Part shown: in pieces, positions 36,114-37,889 of the stretch | Layout: every line of letters begins with the position of its first letter | Numbering within the stretch: the first letter of the stretch is position 1 | Source of the DNA: a virus | Lineage: Duplodnaviria > Caudoviricetes | Direction: 5' to 3' (one strand) | DNA: 37,889 nucleotides | Virus record (IMG/VR): IMGVR_UViG_3300042997_001733 | Location: 1 to 37,889 of that record | Notes under the pieces: generated by a model | Database searches by the model: none | What the model was told of the DNA's origin: nothing | The model's input: the letters and a program-made list of their open reading frames with translations, nothing else | Program-made: the position numbers and the translations under genes

Positions 36114-36286
36114 ACGCGCCCGCGAAAATTCGGCCAGCGGCCGACCCAAATATGATCGCCTTCGCGGAAGCCCTTGCGCGGATGCAGGTGAAGAGAGACA
36201 TTGCCGCCCTTCGCGCCGCGCAGGGAGGCGGCCGACAGGAGGACGCCCGTGCGAACGGTCATTTACGCCCGCTTCAGCAGCGATAA
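36110..36286 (+). CDS. 58-aa hypothetical protein overlapping the integrase start (MNAPAKIRPAADPNMIAFAEALARMQVKRDIAALR...)
   Basis: GTGA overlap with the upstream stop; GAGGAAGG SD; not in the ORF track. Confidence 0.55.
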   Translation: MNAPAKIRPAADPNMIAFAEALARMQVKRDIAALRAAQGGGRQEDARANGHLRPLQQR

Positions 36287-37829
36287 CCAGAACCCGCGTT
36301 CGACGGCCGACCAGATCGAGCTGTGTCGCAAGCGGGCGGCCGATGAAGGCTGGACCGTCATAGGCGCGTTCGAGGACGCCGCCATATCCGGCGCTGCGGG
36401 CATCGGTGCCGATCAGCGCCCTGGCCTCAACGCCATGATGCGCATGGTGGAGGCCGGCGGCGTCGACCAGGTGCTGGCGGAATCCACCGACCGCATATCC
36501 CGACATGTGGCGGACGCACATATTCTCCGCGAGCGCATCGAATTTGCTGGCGCCCGGCTCTTTACCCTGTTTGACGGCGCGGTCACACCCATAATCGGCC
36601 TGATCAAGGGCTTCACCGACGCGCAGTTTCGAACAGACCTTGCCAAGCGCGTTCGGCGCGGCCAGATCGGGACGCTGAAGCAGGGGCGCGTTCCCGGCAG
36701 CATCGCCTATGGATATCGACAGGCGAACCGCCTTGACGATCGCGGTCAGGTCGTGCGCGGCCTCCGGGAAGTCGACCCGGACAAGGCGGACATTGTCCGC
36801 CGTATCTTCCGCGAATATGCCGCCGGCCGCAGCCCCAATGCCATCGCTGCCGGCCTAAATGCCGATGGCATTCCTGGCTCGCGCGGCGGCATCTGGCACG
36901 AAACCGCGATCAGCGGCGATACGCGCCACAAGCGCGGCATCCTGCGCAATGAGACCTATGTCGGCGTCGTCACCTATGGGCGCAGCCGGACGGTGGTCAA
37001 TCCGCAGACGCGCCAGCGGCTGATGCGCCCGAACGGCGACGATGTGGTCGAGCGTCAGGAAATCGCGCACTTACGGATCATTGATGATGATCTTTGGCAA
37101 CAGGTTCAGGCCCGCCTGGCCTCGAACCAGGGCGTGCGCCCGGAGCGTCTGCGGCGGCCGAAGCATATCCTGTCCGGGCTGGGCGTGTGCGAGGTGTGCG
37201 GCGCGCGCTGGGTACTGCGCTCCAGTAAGTTCTGGGGATGCAGCAACTACCGCTATGGCAAGGCCTGCACGAACAATCGCCTGGTCGGCACCCACATATT
37301 CGAGCGCATGGTGCTTGCAGACCTCAAGGAGGGCATGCTGTCGCCCGACGTGGTCAGCGCCTATGTCCGCGAATATCACCGCGACTTCGCCCGGCAGAGC
37401 GCTGACATGGGCCGCGACCGGGCCAAGCTGGAACGAAAGCTGGAGGAAGCCGAGCGTCGCATGAAGCGCATGCTGCAGGCCTTCACCGACGGCGGGAGCG
37501 AGTTCGAAGAGATCCGCGACATGCTGACCAGCGCGCGGGCCGACAAGGAAGCGCTACAACGCCAGCTCGCCAGCATGGACGCCGTGCCCAATGTCCTGGC
37601 GCTGCACCCACATGTCGAGGAGATCTATCGGCGCCAAGTAGAGGAGCTGGAGGCGGCGCTGGCCGATCCTGAAGCACAGCTGGAGGCGATCCCTCGGTTG
37701 CGCTCCATCATCGCCAGCATCATCGTCAGCCCGCGCCTCGATCGCGAACGCGGCGTCGTGGTGCAGGTGATCCGCCAGATGGACGAGATCCTGTCGATCG
37801 CGACCGGCGGCGAACGAAAACGTATTTGA
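36249..37829 (+). CDS. Large serine recombinase (phage integrase)
   Basis: IYARFSS catalytic motif, RPGL, DRISR, recombinase domain, CEVCG...C...C zinc ribbon, coiled coil; AGGAGG SD before GTG at 36249. Confidence 0.95.
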   Translation: MRTVIYARFSSDNQNPRSTADQIELCRKRAADEGWTVIGAFEDAAISGAAGIGADQRPGLNAMMRMVEAGGVDQVLAESTDRISRHVADAHILRERIEFAGARLFTLFDGAVTPIIGLIKGFTDAQFRTDLAKRVRRGQIGTLKQGRVPGSIAYGYRQANRLDDRGQVVRGLREVDPDKADIVRRIFREYAAGRSPNAIAAGLNADGIPGSRGGIWHETAISGDTRHKRGILRNETYVGVVTYGRSRTVVNPQTRQRLMRPNGDDVVERQEIAHLRIIDDDLWQQVQARLASNQGVRPERLRRPKHILSGLGVCEVCGARWVLRSSKFWGCSNYRYGKACTNNRLVGTHIFERMVLADLKEGMLSPDVVSAYVREYHRDFARQSADMGRDRAKLERKLEEAERRMKRMLQAFTDGGSEFEEIRDMLTSARADKEALQRQLASMDAVPNVLALHPHVEEIYRRQVEELEAALADPEAQLEAIPRLRSIIASIIVSPRLDRERGVVVQVIRQMDEILSIATGGERKRI

Positions 37830-37889
37830 AAGAGTTCAGTCTTTCTCGTCAGTTTGCCTCAGCGACCAGCATGTCGTGAAGGCGTTCCC

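Larger units (their letters stand above)
1..37829. mobile_element. Temperate siphovirus prophage (HK97-like head, large serine integrase); left end lies outside the window
   Basis: Complete ordered set of integrase, immunity, replication, packaging, head, tail and lysis modules. Confidence 0.95.

Noticed and set aside
37790-37889. tRNA or tmRNA integration target at the right end
   Set aside because: No T-loop GTTCGA, acceptor stem or CCA pattern, and no direct repeat with the left end found

Overview
A near-complete temperate siphovirus prophage with an HK97-type head. The host is inferred to be an alphaproteobacterium, probably a sphingomonad, from the high GC content and an alphaproteobacterial GTTC-N7-GTTC LexA box. 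From right to left: a large serine integrase; an early-left operon with a C5 DNA methyltransferase; a cI/cro switch with five 17-bp TTAGC-N7-GCTAA operators; a small SOS-boxed gene converging on cI; an early-right operon (cro, cII-like, beta sliding clamp, SSB, Prim-Pol/SF3 primase-helicase) followed by an iteron-rich putative origin; a late regulator; HNH/cos/TerS/TerL/portal/S49 protease/capsid; head-tail genes; tail tube; G/GT chaperones joined by a -1 frameshift; an inserted AT-richer module (HIRAN, RHH repressor, Tat-like protein, Rha-wHTH fusion); tape measure; a 1554-aa tail-tip fusion protein; an S74-chaperoned fibre; and a GH108 lysis cassette that runs off the left edge. The most notable observations are three adjacent replication proteins with SSB-like acidic-PF tails beside a phage clamp, the LexA-controlled gene antisense to cI, a Rha fusion resembling the primase origin-binding domain, and a candidate pseudoknot at the gpG ribosome-binding site. 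No tRNA, rRNA, CRISPR array, reverse transcriptase or att site could be identified. All family calls come from motif recognition by eye, not database searches.
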